From the IMG/VR virus record IMGVR_UViG_3300031576_000144, positions 1 to 40,535 of that record: a DNA stretch of 40,535 nt, one strand, 5' to 3'. The notes below the pieces were generated by a model, which ran no database searches, had not been told where the DNA came from, and saw only the letters and a list, made by a program, of their open reading frames with translations. Positions 8,410 to 16,727 of the stretch are shown piece after piece. The stretch's first letter is position 1. Each line of letters starts with the position of its first letter. This DNA is from a virus. The position numbers were made by a program, and so were the translations under genes.

Positions 8410-10724
8410 GACGCCAGCTTCGAGATGGCGATGAACACGCGATCCGTAGTCGCGCTAATCGTGGGAGTCCCGGCCGTGCTTTTGAGCTGTAACCGAATTG
8501 TGTCGCCGGAAGTTACAGACACCAGGTCACTCCCATGAGCGATTTCTGAAGCTGCTACCCCGGTCGTTCGATTGACAAACTCAGATTGCACCGTGCCATT
8601 CTTTTGAATTTGAGCGGCAACCGAGGACCCCGCGCCGAAGACCCCGTCAACTTCCACCAAGAAAAACACATTATAGTATCCGGTGGAAGGCACTGTGAAG
8701 GTACCCGCCGACATTGCACTATTGGTGTCAAAATCCGCCGTAGTCCAGGAGACAGTCGCGTAAGTGCTACTGATCGACGTTGCGCTACCATGATATCGAG
8801 CCCCGATGAGCGTCGGCGTGGGGGCACTCTGGTAGGTCGGGTCGGCGGCCGAGCCATTGCTCGTGAGCACTTGCCCAGAAGTCCCAGCCCCGGTAGATGT
8901 CATCGCGTTGGTTGCGCTCGCGATCACGACTCCTTGATTCGTCTGCCCCGAGATGGTCGTGTTTCCAGTCGCCGTGCCCACGAAACTAGACGCGGTCATG
9001 GTTGAAGTAGAAGTGACCGCACCGAAGAAGCCCGTACTCAGGTCTTGAGCGATCGACATCGCGGTAGCGGGTGTCACGCTCCCGTCTGGGGTCACCAGGA
9101 AGCTCAGTCTCCCAGGCATGTCGTTTGACCCAGGAGTGCCGTCAACCGTCGAAATAATTCGCGCTGTATTTTCGTAGTCCACTCCGTCATAGCCGAAGAA
9201 GTCAATTTGGCCAGAAGTGTCCCCGCTCGAAACAATCGTCGGGGCGGCAAAAGTCCCGCGAGATTTCGCAAACTGAAGTTTGCCGCTCTGGGTATTGGTT
9301 TGATGACGGATGACTCTGAACCCGCCTTGGTTTCCGTCGTTGTCATCGCTCACCGAATAGCTGGCGTAGTTCGCGGACCCTGAAACGGTTATCGGGTTAT
9401 CAGTCGGTGTAGTCCCCGCACCGAAGCGTAGCGTGTTACCCGACGCTGTCACGTTGAATTGACCAGTTGAATTCATCGACCCCGCTGCGGTGAGAGCTAC
9501 ACGGCTTGTAGCGTTTTGCTGAAAATCAAAAAGATTTCCGGTGAAACCCAAAGTCGCGTTGACGCCGAGTTCCGTACCGCTCGTACTCCACGCGGTTGAA
9601 GTCGCGCCGGACGGCTCGATCAGAAGGAAAGGTTTAGTCGTCGTCGAGGTGCCCCCAGTAAACGGGGCTCCGAAAAAATAGAGTGACGGAGTAGACGCCG
9701 CGCCTGGAGCCAATGTCCAAAACGGAACAGATGAAGCGACAAGGGTCGGAGTCATGGCGAATTTAGTAGCGCCATTCAGTTGAAAGTCGAAAAGATACCC
9801 GGTGAACCCGGAAGCGGCATTGACCCCTAGCGCGGTTCCGCTTGTGTTCCATCCTGTTGATGTCGTCCCAGTAGGCTCGATCAGCACATGAGGTTTAGTG
9901 GTCGTGGAGGTCCCCCCAGAGAACCACGATCCGCTCATTAACTGCGCTGGAGACGAGACGGTACTTGAAATGCCGGATAGTACCTGTCCGAAGAATTCAG
10001 AGATTTTACTACTATGCACCCGAAGAGCGATGACCGGGTCGAGAGATCCAGAGGCAGTCACTCTTAAGTTGATCCGTCCAGGCATACTGGTAGGGCTTGG
10101 AGTCCCGTCCGCTTCGGCACCGATGCTGGCAGCCGCCTCGAAACTCGTGCCCGTGTACCCGTTGTAAAAAGTAGTACCAAGGCCATTACCACTGGAGACA
10201 GCGAGAGGTGCTGCGTTGGTCCCCCTGGCCCTCGCTAGCATGATGATCGGATCAAACCCCGACGTAGAGTAGCTCTTCGCGAGGAGAGGAGCCTGATTGG
10301 TTCCAAGGTTATCGCTGGTTGAGAAACTTCCGAATAGAGTGAATGGGCCACCCGAGCCAGGAACACCGATCGTTATAGAATTATCCGTTGCGTTAGTCCC
10401 AGTGCTGAATCTGGCCGCACCGATGGCACCGTCGTTCTGAATTGTGCCGTTGAACTTAGCCCCCCTCCATCGGAATGGACCCGTGAGCGTCCCCAGATCG
10501 AACGCAGAGTCAGTCCCTGGGTTGATCGACGCGCTCGCAGCAGTAGATGCGATGTTGTTCAGCGTCGTCGTGGCTCCAGGAGAGAAACTCCCGGAAGTAA
10601 CACAGGTCGTATCAGGGAAACAGATTGCTGGAGTGAGAAGCTGAGCTCCGCTACCTCCCCAGATGATCGGCGGACCTGCGTGCGCGAGGGATGAGATGAA
10701 CAGGATCGGGAGGAAGAGATTCAT
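8406..10724 (-). CDS. Secreted tail-fibre-like protein with internal repeats and a C1q/TNF-like C-terminal domain
   Basis: True start taken as ATG 10724 (SD GTGAGG upstream). N-terminus MNLFLPILFISSLAHA|G looks like a Sec signal peptide. Fibre-type repeats (sRGTxAAPxxVSSGD...MPGRL, GGTSTTTKPxLIEP). The C-terminus (TFTVPSTGYYNVFF...SGDTIRLQL) is C1q-like. Confidence 0.65.
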   Translation of the reverse strand: MNLFLPILFISSLAHAGPPIIWGGSGAQLLTPAICFPDTTCVTSGSFSPGATTTLNNIASTAASASINPGTDSAFDLGTLTGPFRWRGAKFNGTIQNDGAIGAARFSTGTNATDNSITIGVPGSGGPFTLFGSFSTSDNLGTNQAPLLAKSYSTSGFDPIIMLARARGTNAAPLAVSSGNGLGTTFYNGYTGTSFEAAASIGAEADGTPSPTSMPGRINLRVTASGSLDPVIALRVHSSKISEFFGQVLSGISSTVSSPAQLMSGSWFSGGTSTTTKPHVLIEPTGTTSTGWNTSGTALGVNAASGFTGYLFDFQLNGATKFAMTPTLVASSVPFWTLAPGAASTPSLYFFGAPFTGGTSTTTKPFLLIEPSGATSTAWSTSGTELGVNATLGFTGNLFDFQQNATSRVALTAAGSMNSTGQFNVTASGNTLRFGAGTTPTDNPITVSGSANYASYSVSDDNDGNQGGFRVIRHQTNTQSGKLQFAKSRGTFAAPTIVSSGDTSGQIDFFGYDGVDYENTARIISTVDGTPGSNDMPGRLSFLVTPDGSVTPATAMSIAQDLSTGFFGAVTSTSTMTASSFVGTATGNTTISGQTNQGVVIASATNAMTSTGAGTSGQVLTSNGSAADPTYQSAPTPTLIGARYHGSATSISSTYATVSWTTADFDTNSAMSAGTFTVPSTGYYNVFFLVEVDGVFGAGSSVAAQIQKNGTVQSEFVNRTTGVAASEIAHGSDLVSVTSGDTIRLQLKSTAGTPTISATTDRVFIAISKLAS

Positions 10725-10732
10725 CGGATGCC

Positions 10733-11125
10733 TCACTGGTAGAAGTTGATATCGAGCTCGCCCGTGCTGGCCGTGCCAGAGATCGATCGGATGGAGACGC
10801 GAGCACCGCTGGGGACTCGGATCGGCACCTTGCCGTTCCCCCCGGGGATGATCTGAAATTGAGTGACCTCGGAACCCGAGGCTCCGAAGCCGATCTTCAG
10901 CGTCTGCCCGCTCGAGTCGAAGACCTCGATCTCGCTCGCGCTCTGGGGCATGGCCGAGACGAGCTGCACCCAGGCGGCCGTGGTGACGTTCGTGCTCGAG
11001 TAGACGTTCCTCACGGTGAGGATCGAGTACTTGCCGACGTCGCCCGAGCTTCCGGCGGCGAGGGTCTGGCGAGGGGTGGAGACACAGGCGGCGATCAGAG
11101 CGATCGCCAGGAGAAGGTTGCGCAT
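10733..11125 (-). CDS. Putative lipoprotein (130 aa)
   Basis: ATG 11125 has AAAGGAG 9 nt upstream. MRNLLLAIALIAAC has a lipobox (IAAC). The rest is a beta-rich Ser/Gly/Thr domain. The upstream 34 codons of the track ORF look non-coding. Confidence 0.6.
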   Translation of the reverse strand: MRNLLLAIALIAACVSTPRQTLAAGSSGDVGKYSILTVRNVYSSTNVTTAAWVQLVSAMPQSASEIEVFDSSGQTLKIGFGASGSEVTQFQIIPGGNGKVPIRVPSGARVSIRSISGTASTGELDINFYQ

Positions 11126-11269
11126 GGCGGGTGGACTCCTTTGACTTGATCCTACACAGCGATCTGCATTCGTCGAGCCCAAGGACGGGCGACGACTTGG
11201 GGCGCCGCCCGTCCTCCACCACCACAAGGAGGTGGCTCAAGGATCAGGCAGATCGGAGGAGCGGTCAAG

Positions 11270-12601
11270 TCAGCGCCGGATCACCCGGAGCCTGCCGACG
11301 TTCCCGACGGGGGTGATCGGGGTGAAGACGTGGATGCCGTACCCCACCGCGTCCGACCCGTGGGTGCGTTTGGGGTCCTTCTTCTTCTCGATCTCCCCGC
11401 TCATCCCCTTCCGCCAGCTCACCTTATCGTGGTCCTTCTTGAGCTCAGGGCTCCGCTTGGGGTTGAACCAGAACCGGACGGACCCGTCAGCCGACTTCAG
11501 CACGGCGTTGTAGGCGTTGACCCGGTCCTTCACGAAGGGGTTCGCCTCGGGCTTCTTCACGATGAAGGTGATACCCGCCTCGCTCAGGGCTCGGGTCACC
11601 AGGGAGTAGTCGGTCTCGCCCGCGGCCGAGCTCCGCCGGCCCGTGCCCGTGGCGTCACCGGTCAGGACGACCTGGGGGTTCGCCTTCGTGGGGAAGCCCT
11701 TGAGCCGCTCGACGAGCTCCTTCGCCTGCGCCTCCGTGTGGGTGTCCTCCACGCAGATCTCGTCGAAGATCCACCAGCTCTCGAGGTTCGTCTGCCCGAG
11801 CTCCCAGACCATGGGGTTCACGTTGAAGTCCATCATCACCACGATCGGGAGGGCGGGCGAGTAGAGCTTGCCCGGAGCGAACGGGCAGTCCTCGCGGAAG
11901 TTGTGAGCCCCCGCGCTGACGTACACCTTGCCGGCGAACATGTCGCGGAACTGAGCCTCGATCTCCTGGGCGAAGTAGGCCTCGGTGTACTTCGTGCGGA
12001 GACGGTTCACCTCGGCCATCGGGAAGGCTGGGTTGCACCAGGAGGGGGCGTTGATAAACTTAGACTCGGGATCATCCCGCATCTCCTCGGCCAGGTCATA
12101 GCAGTGATCGAACCCGTTTGGGGTCGTGAGGAACTTCGCGAACCCGTTCGTGGTCGAGAGCATCGGGCGGCAGATGTCCCATACCGAGGGCTTCATGTTG
12201 CGGTACTCGTCGAGGTAGATCCCGTCGAGGGTCTCCATGCGGAGGTTCTCCTCGAGCTCGGCCGAGAGGAAGAAGAAGGTCGATCCAGTGGTGAATGTGA
12301 AGTAGAGGTCCGACTTCGAGGCGTCTGCGACGTACTCGGAGCAGCTCGATAGAGCGCGCTTCACCCTTCGCCAGCCTATCTTGCACTGTCGGTAGGTAGG
12401 CAGGAGGTACCAGTAGGTCCGATGCTCGTGCTCCCAGGCGTTCTTCACCACGTCGTTCAGGCCGAAGGAGGTCTTCCCTGACTGCCGTCCCCAGAGGGAG
12501 AACAGAAATCGGCCGCGCCAGTCGTGCGCCTCCCGCTGTACCGCGTGCGGGTTGTACAGCTCCAGGGTATGGGTCTGGATCTGCCTGGCGGGTTCGTTCA
12601 C
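11270..12601 (-). CDS. terL: Terminase large subunit
   Basis: Walker A WGRQSGKTS, Walker B-like LDGIYLDE, C-terminal nuclease-like MMDFNVNP / LTGDATG / HGSDAVGY. 443 aa. Confidence 0.9.
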   Translation of the reverse strand: MNEPARQIQTHTLELYNPHAVQREAHDWRGRFLFSLWGRQSGKTSFGLNDVVKNAWEHEHRTYWYLLPTYRQCKIGWRRVKRALSSCSEYVADASKSDLYFTFTTGSTFFFLSAELEENLRMETLDGIYLDEYRNMKPSVWDICRPMLSTTNGFAKFLTTPNGFDHCYDLAEEMRDDPESKFINAPSWCNPAFPMAEVNRLRTKYTEAYFAQEIEAQFRDMFAGKVYVSAGAHNFREDCPFAPGKLYSPALPIVVMMDFNVNPMVWELGQTNLESWWIFDEICVEDTHTEAQAKELVERLKGFPTKANPQVVLTGDATGTGRRSSAAGETDYSLVTRALSEAGITFIVKKPEANPFVKDRVNAYNAVLKSADGSVRFWFNPKRSPELKKDHDKVSWRKGMSGEIEKKKDPKRTHGSDAVGYGIHVFTPITPVGNVGRLRVIRR

Positions 12602-13887
12602 CGCTTGCGCTTCGCCTCTCCGATCAGCTCGGCCTTCTTGCCCGAGTACTTCCGCCAGCGGGCGATGATCACGTCACAGTAGTTGGGGTCGATCTCCATC
12701 CCGAAGCAACGTACCTTCTCCTTCTCTGCGGCGATGAAGTTAGATCCTGACCCAGCGAACGGCTCGTATAGCACCTCTCCGGCCTTCAGATGGTTTCGGA
12801 TCGGTATGGCAAAGAGCTCCACCGGCTTTTGGGTGGGGTGGATCTTGTCATTCTCCCGGCCCACCTCCCAAACGGTCGACTGGTTCCGCTCCCCATAGAA
12901 TTGCGGCTCTTCCCCCTGCATCCACCCCATGAGGCAGAGTTCGTGGCGCCAGTGGTACTGGCCCCGACCGAACACAAAGCTGGGCTTCACCCAGATGATC
13001 TGGCGATGGAATAAGATACCGGCGGCGGCGGCGGCGGCGGCGGCGGCTTGCGAGAAGTATGCCTGCATCTTCATCGCGTGCCACATGTAGAACGCGAACC
13101 CCTTGCCCATGTGGGCCAACGACGTGGTGATCGCCTTGAGGATGAATGCACGAAGAGCCTCGTCCTGCAGCTCGTCGTTCTCGATCTTTTTGTACCCTTT
13201 CGCCTGACGCTTCTCGTTGGCTACCTCGACGTGGTTGATCCCATATGGTGGATCCGACGACCAGAGCATGGCCTTGTGATCGCCCATGAGCCGCCCCACC
13301 TGGGCCGCATCCGTCGAGTCCCCGCACATAAGTCGGTGGTCCCCGAGCTTGAATATCTGGCCGGGCTTCGTGCGCGCCTTCTCTCGCACGATCGGCACGT
13401 CATCCTCGGCCGCCCCCTTCGCGCTGAACATCACGTCCTTGAAGTACCCCCGACCGAAGTGCTCCGTGTCGATCCCAGGCACGTCGAAGGACTGGGCGAA
13501 GTCCTGGTAGCCGATCCCAGCGTCATGCATGAACTCGTACAGAGTCTCCTCCGCCGCGTGGCCGAACTGGGAGACGTTCGAGAGGAGGATCTTCTTCGCG
13601 TGCTTCGTGTCCCGGGCCTCGACGAAGACGACGGGGAGCGGCGGGATCGTTCGCTTCTTCGCCAGGCGCTTGAGGACGCGGATCCGCTGGTGCCCGTCGA
13701 GATTCCAGTGCTTCCCATTCGGGTCCTTCCAGACGTGGATCGGAGCCGTGATCCCATTATCGAGGATCAGCTCCTCGAGGCGCTTCGCGTTCTCATCACT
13801 AAGCGCCTTCAGGTTCCCCTGTAGCGCATGGATCTTGCTCATCGGGAGCGTCGCCGCCCCGGTACAGCTCACCTTGATCGCCTTCAC
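12598..13887 (-). CDS. ParB-like nuclease domain fused to a beta-class N6/N4 DNA methyltransferase
   Basis: N-terminal ParB-type motif (NLDGHQRIRVL), then the catalytic motif SSDPPYGI, then the AdoMet motif YEPFAGSGSNF near the C-terminus (motif IV before I). An internal Ala9 tract is present. Confidence 0.85.
   Translation of the reverse strand: MKAIKVSCTGAATLPMSKIHALQGNLKALSDENAKRLEELILDNGITAPIHVWKDPNGKHWNLDGHQRIRVLKRLAKKRTIPPLPVVFVEARDTKHAKKILLSNVSQFGHAAEETLYEFMHDAGIGYQDFAQSFDVPGIDTEHFGRGYFKDVMFSAKGAAEDDVPIVREKARTKPGQIFKLGDHRLMCGDSTDAAQVGRLMGDHKAMLWSSDPPYGINHVEVANEKRQAKGYKKIENDELQDEALRAFILKAITTSLAHMGKGFAFYMWHAMKMQAYFSQAAAAAAAAAGILFHRQIIWVKPSFVFGRGQYHWRHELCLMGWMQGEEPQFYGERNQSTVWEVGRENDKIHPTQKPVELFAIPIRNHLKAGEVLYEPFAGSGSNFIAAEKEKVRCFGMEIDPNYCDVIIARWRKYSGKKAELIGEAKRKR
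13021..13047. repeat. (GGC)9 trinucleotide repeat encoding Ala9 inside the methyltransferase gene
   Basis: Nine perfect GGC units read directly. On the minus strand they are GCC x9 = AAAAAAAAA in ...YFSQAAAAAAAAAGILFH... Confidence 0.95.
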
Positions 13888-14378
13888 TTATCCTCCTCCT
13901 TCGGTGGGGCACCGCCCCATACGGTCCTACGTCTGATCTCCGGTGCTACCACGTTGCTCTGCTGCTTCATCAGCTCCTCGTCGAACCTGTGCGTGGCTCT
14001 GCGCTTCTTCGCCTCGAGGGTACTCTCCAGGAGGGTGCGGGCGGCGCCCAGAGCGACCTTGCGATCCGGGTCGTCGACCATCGCGACGAGCTTCCTCATG
14101 ATGCTGGCCTCCGCCTCCTCGATGATGTCCATCGACTTCTTGAGTGCTTGCTCCTTCTGGAACTTGTACGCCGCGCAGTTCCGATAGGAGTTTACGGCCT
14201 GACGGGCATACCCGAGGATGTCCGCGATCGCCTGATCCGTCGAGGCGAAGTGCCGAGCCATGTCCTGCCGCCAGATGATCTTCGCCGTCTCGTTGAACGG
14301 CGCGAGCGGATCCGATAACGCATCGGGGGCGCCGTGGGACTTGCGCCGGTCGTGTCGGCGTTTGGCCGCTCCTGTCAT
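13884..14378 (-). CDS. HTH DNA-binding protein, candidate terminase small subunit
   Basis: 164 aa, basic N-terminus, HTH-like STDQAIADILGYARQAVNSYRN. Lies at the head of the packaging gene string and is coupled to the ParB-MTase gene. The function is positional inference. Confidence 0.4.
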   Translation of the reverse strand: MTGAAKRRHDRRKSHGAPDALSDPLAPFNETAKIIWRQDMARHFASTDQAIADILGYARQAVNSYRNCAAYKFQKEQALKKSMDIIEEAEASIMRKLVAMVDDPDRKVALGAARTLLESTLEAKKRRATHRFDEELMKQQSNVVAPEIRRRTVWGGAPPKEEDK

Positions 14379-14384
14379 CGGGGG

Positions 14385-14606
14385 TCAGCTGCGATCGCGC
14401 GAGTAGAGCTGGTACTTGTTACAGGCGGCGCAGGTCCTCTCCCGAGTTCGGCCGCGGATCACGGTGGCGACGTAGTCCTTGTTGCACTTGGGGCAGTGGA
14501 AGGTCCGGCAGGGCTCGCAGTACCCGGAGCCGTGGCCCGTGAAGTTCCCGCAGTCGTTGAGGCAAGCCTCCTGGTATTTCGACGCCGCCTTGGGGGCGCC
14601 GCTCAT
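14385..14606 (-). CDS. Cys-rich zinc-finger protein (73 aa)
   Basis: Several CxxC pairs (CEPCRTFHCPKC, CAAC). Confidence 0.6.
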   Translation of the reverse strand: MSGAPKAASKYQEACLNDCGNFTGHGSGYCEPCRTFHCPKCNKDYVATVIRGRTRERTCAACNKYQLYSRDRS

Positions 14607-14878
14607 TGGGTTTGATTCCCCTGGGGGTTCAGCAGAACCGGCTGGGTGGCCAGAGCGGGGGTCACACTCACGATGTCCTGGATGATCAGCAGTCCGACCA
14701 TGATCAGCCCGGCCATATCGAAGCCGGACTTCGGTCCCATCTCAATCGCCTGCTTCAGGATCTCCCGGGCGGTCAAGGCGGTGAGCTCGGGCTTCGGCTG
14801 GAGCGGGTGAACGCGGCCGATCGCGATCGTCTTATCCAGCCAGAACTTCGGTTTTACTATTACGTGCGGGTCAGGCAT
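14603..14878 (-). CDS. Small membrane protein (91 aa)
   Basis: ATG 14878 has AGGAGAG 6 nt upstream (the track ORF starts at 14923). Contains the TM segment FDMAGLIMVGLLIIQDIV. Confidence 0.6.
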   Translation of the reverse strand: MPDPHVIVKPKFWLDKTIAIGRVHPLQPKPELTALTAREILKQAIEMGPKSGFDMAGLIMVGLLIIQDIVSVTPALATQPVLLNPQGNQTQ

Positions 14879-15007
14879 CGGGTCTCTCCTGTTCGGCAGA
14901 GACGTACGCGCGCTGTCTTGCACCGTTGTGGTGCTCTTGGATCTCCATCCCGTCCCTGCTTTCTATAGCTTCTACCCTAGAGCCAGTCGGGTACTCGCGC
15001 AAGGGGC

Positions 15008-15262
15008 TCAGTGCTCGGGCTCACCCTCTGCCGGCCGCCAGCACATGAGCCACGCAACCCGCGCGGTGTTCATCACCACCTCGTCAGGAAGCTGACTGAC
15101 TGTCTGCGCTGAGATCTCAACCAGGCCGTGGCTGATGCAGACCGCGAGGTAGTCCCTCGCCTGGGCGGCGGTCGAGAGCCTCCATCTCCGGTTGCCCAGG
15201 AGAGGCACGGCGCGCTCGGGAAACAGCTTCAGGAGAATCTCTTCCACGGCGAAGTTCCTCAA
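15008..15262 (-). CDS. Hypothetical protein
   Basis: This frame has strongly G/C-rich third positions across 15262-15008. Only TTG (15262) or GTG (15247) starts are available. It overlaps the tail of the RusA ORF. Confidence 0.55.
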   Translation of the reverse strand: MRNFAVEEILLKLFPERAVPLLGNRRWRLSTAAQARDYLAVCISHGLVEISAQTVSQLPDEVVMNTARVAWLMCWRPAEGEPEH

Positions 15263-15689
15263 GGGTTGCCGGCTTCATCTGGGTCAGCACGACCAGAGCG
15301 CATTCGTCCTGCGGGGATGCGGCCTGGATTTTCTCACAGGTACCGGACCAGAACCAGCGGTCGTCAAACCCCAGGACGTACTCGGCCAGGGCGTCATCGA
15401 GCGGCTTGATGAAGTTCGTCGCGTCGATCGACTTCGGCCTTCCGTCCAGGGTCCAGAGCCTCTCGCGGCGGAAGGCGAAGTACCGATCGATCTGGATGGC
15501 GTGGCCGGAGAACTCGGCCCGGGCCAGGTTCGAGAGCTGCAGGTTCTGCAGACGCCAGACTTGGACCGCTTGCTTGAACGCCTTGCTCTCCCGGGAGGGG
15601 ATCCGGATCGGCCTCCCGCCAGCCATGATCGTGGCGTACATATGGTTCGAGGTGGGAGGCAGAGGCAGGCGGTCGAGGACAAGGATCAA
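15117..15689 (-). CDS. rusA: RusA-family Holliday junction resolvase (the last ~48 codons may not be genuine)
   Basis: LPLPPTSNHMY and DATNFIKPLDDAL match RusA motifs. After about residue 142 the frame becomes Arg/Pro/Gly-rich with A/T third positions. Confidence 0.75.
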   Translation of the reverse strand: MILVLDRLPLPPTSNHMYATIMAGGRPIRIPSRESKAFKQAVQVWRLQNLQLSNLARAEFSGHAIQIDRYFAFRRERLWTLDGRPKSIDATNFIKPLDDALAEYVLGFDDRWFWSGTCEKIQAASPQDECALVVLTQMKPATLEELRRGRDSPEAVSRARRASPGQPEMEALDRRPGEGLPRGLHQPRPG

Positions 15690-15964
15690 GTCTGAGCGTC
15701 CTTCTCGAACTGATGGATCGCAGTCATCAGGACCGACTCGCGAAACTGAAGGACCGATGCCTTCACGCTGAGCATCTTCTCAGCCAGCCGCTTCAACCCC
15801 CGGATGTTCCCCATCGCGTCTCGGTAGTTCGTGGGATCGAGGATCGGACCAGTGGTCTCTACGGTGGAGATCCTACCGAGGTACCCCTCGAGGTCCAGCT
15901 TATCGATCTGCACCGCGAGCTTGATCATCTTCATCTGGGTGGCCTTGTACTGCTCGTCGGTCAT
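15686..15964 (-). CDS. Hypothetical protein (92 aa)
   Basis: Protein-like ORF coupled to rusA through an ATGA-type overlap. Confidence 0.7.
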   Translation of the reverse strand: MTDEQYKATQMKMIKLAVQIDKLDLEGYLGRISTVETTGPILDPTNYRDAMGNIRGLKRLAEKMLSVKASVLQFRESVLMTAIHQFEKDAQT

Positions 15965-15998
15965 TATACCGCTCCTCGGTCATTACATTGTTCGTCGG

Positions 15999-16697
15999 TC
16001 ATTGGGTCGCCTCCACCAGGCCGAGCTCCTGCACCGCCATCCAAAGCATGAGCCTCTCCTCCTTCCGTCGCCCTCCCGCTCGGAGCACCTGGGCCGCGGT
16101 GACGAAGGTCTTCGCGATCATCGCTGACTGCTCGAGCGGATCCACCTCACCCTTCTTCTTGCGCGCCTTGCGTACGGTCGGCGGCTTCACCGCATCCTTC
16201 GGGTTGCCCTCTCCCCCATCGATGAACTTCCGAAGCGCGGCGCGGCTGATGATCATCTTTTGCCCGTCCCTCGAGGTCGGCAGTCCGGCCCTCACCCAGT
16301 TCCGGATCGTCTGCGCTGACTTGCCCGCCTCCTCGGCGGCCTCCTGAATCGTCATTCCTATCTCTTCGACCACGTCTCTCTCCTCCATCTCGATCTCCTC
16401 CTGCGGTTCTGCTATCGGGCGGGGGTCACTCAGACCCTCCCTGAAACCCTCTACGCTGCCCGCCACGGGCTTCTGCTCAAGCCTGTCGGCGATCTCCTGG
16501 CGGCTGGGGGATCGGTTGCTCAGGCTAGCCAGGGGGGCGCAGGCGGCCGAGCAGTAGCCCATCCCCGGTAACACGTCCTTCCCGCATCCGATCCGCCGGC
16601 AGGTCATGCCCCCCCTGTTTACGCTCAGTGCCATAACAGCAGGATCGCTCCAATCACCACGACCGATGCGAGCCCTGCCCCGACGTTCCATCTCCAC
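15999..16697 (-). CDS. DNA-binding protein with an excisionase/MerR-type HTH and an N-terminal Cys cluster
   Basis: MTIQEAAEEAGKSAQTIRNWVRAGLP is an HTH of the excisionase/MerR type. N-terminal CRRIGCG...CSAAC. The start may be ATG 16607, which is preceded by AGGGGGG. Confidence 0.6.
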   Translation of the reverse strand: MEMERRGRARIGRGDWSDPAVMALSVNRGGMTCRRIGCGKDVLPGMGYCSAACAPLASLSNRSPSRQEIADRLEQKPVAGSVEGFREGLSDPRPIAEPQEEIEMEERDVVEEIGMTIQEAAEEAGKSAQTIRNWVRAGLPTSRDGQKMIISRAALRKFIDGGEGNPKDAVKPPTVRKARKKKGEVDPLEQSAMIAKTFVTAAQVLRAGGRRKEERLMLWMAVQELGLVEATQ

Positions 16698-16727
16698 TCC
16701 TCGTTCCCCATCCCTTAGCCCCCCGTT

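Noticed and set aside
8406-10724. Diversity-generating retroelement targeting the fibre C-terminus
   Set aside because: No reverse transcriptase gene is recognisable anywhere in the genome, and I saw no template/variable repeat pair matching the C1q-like region.
10725-11240. N-terminal 172 codons of the 944-aa track ORF 8406..11240
   Set aside because: This part is Arg/Pro/His-rich and is overlapped in another frame by the lipoprotein gene, which has a real SD. A signal-peptide start with its own SD exists at 10724.
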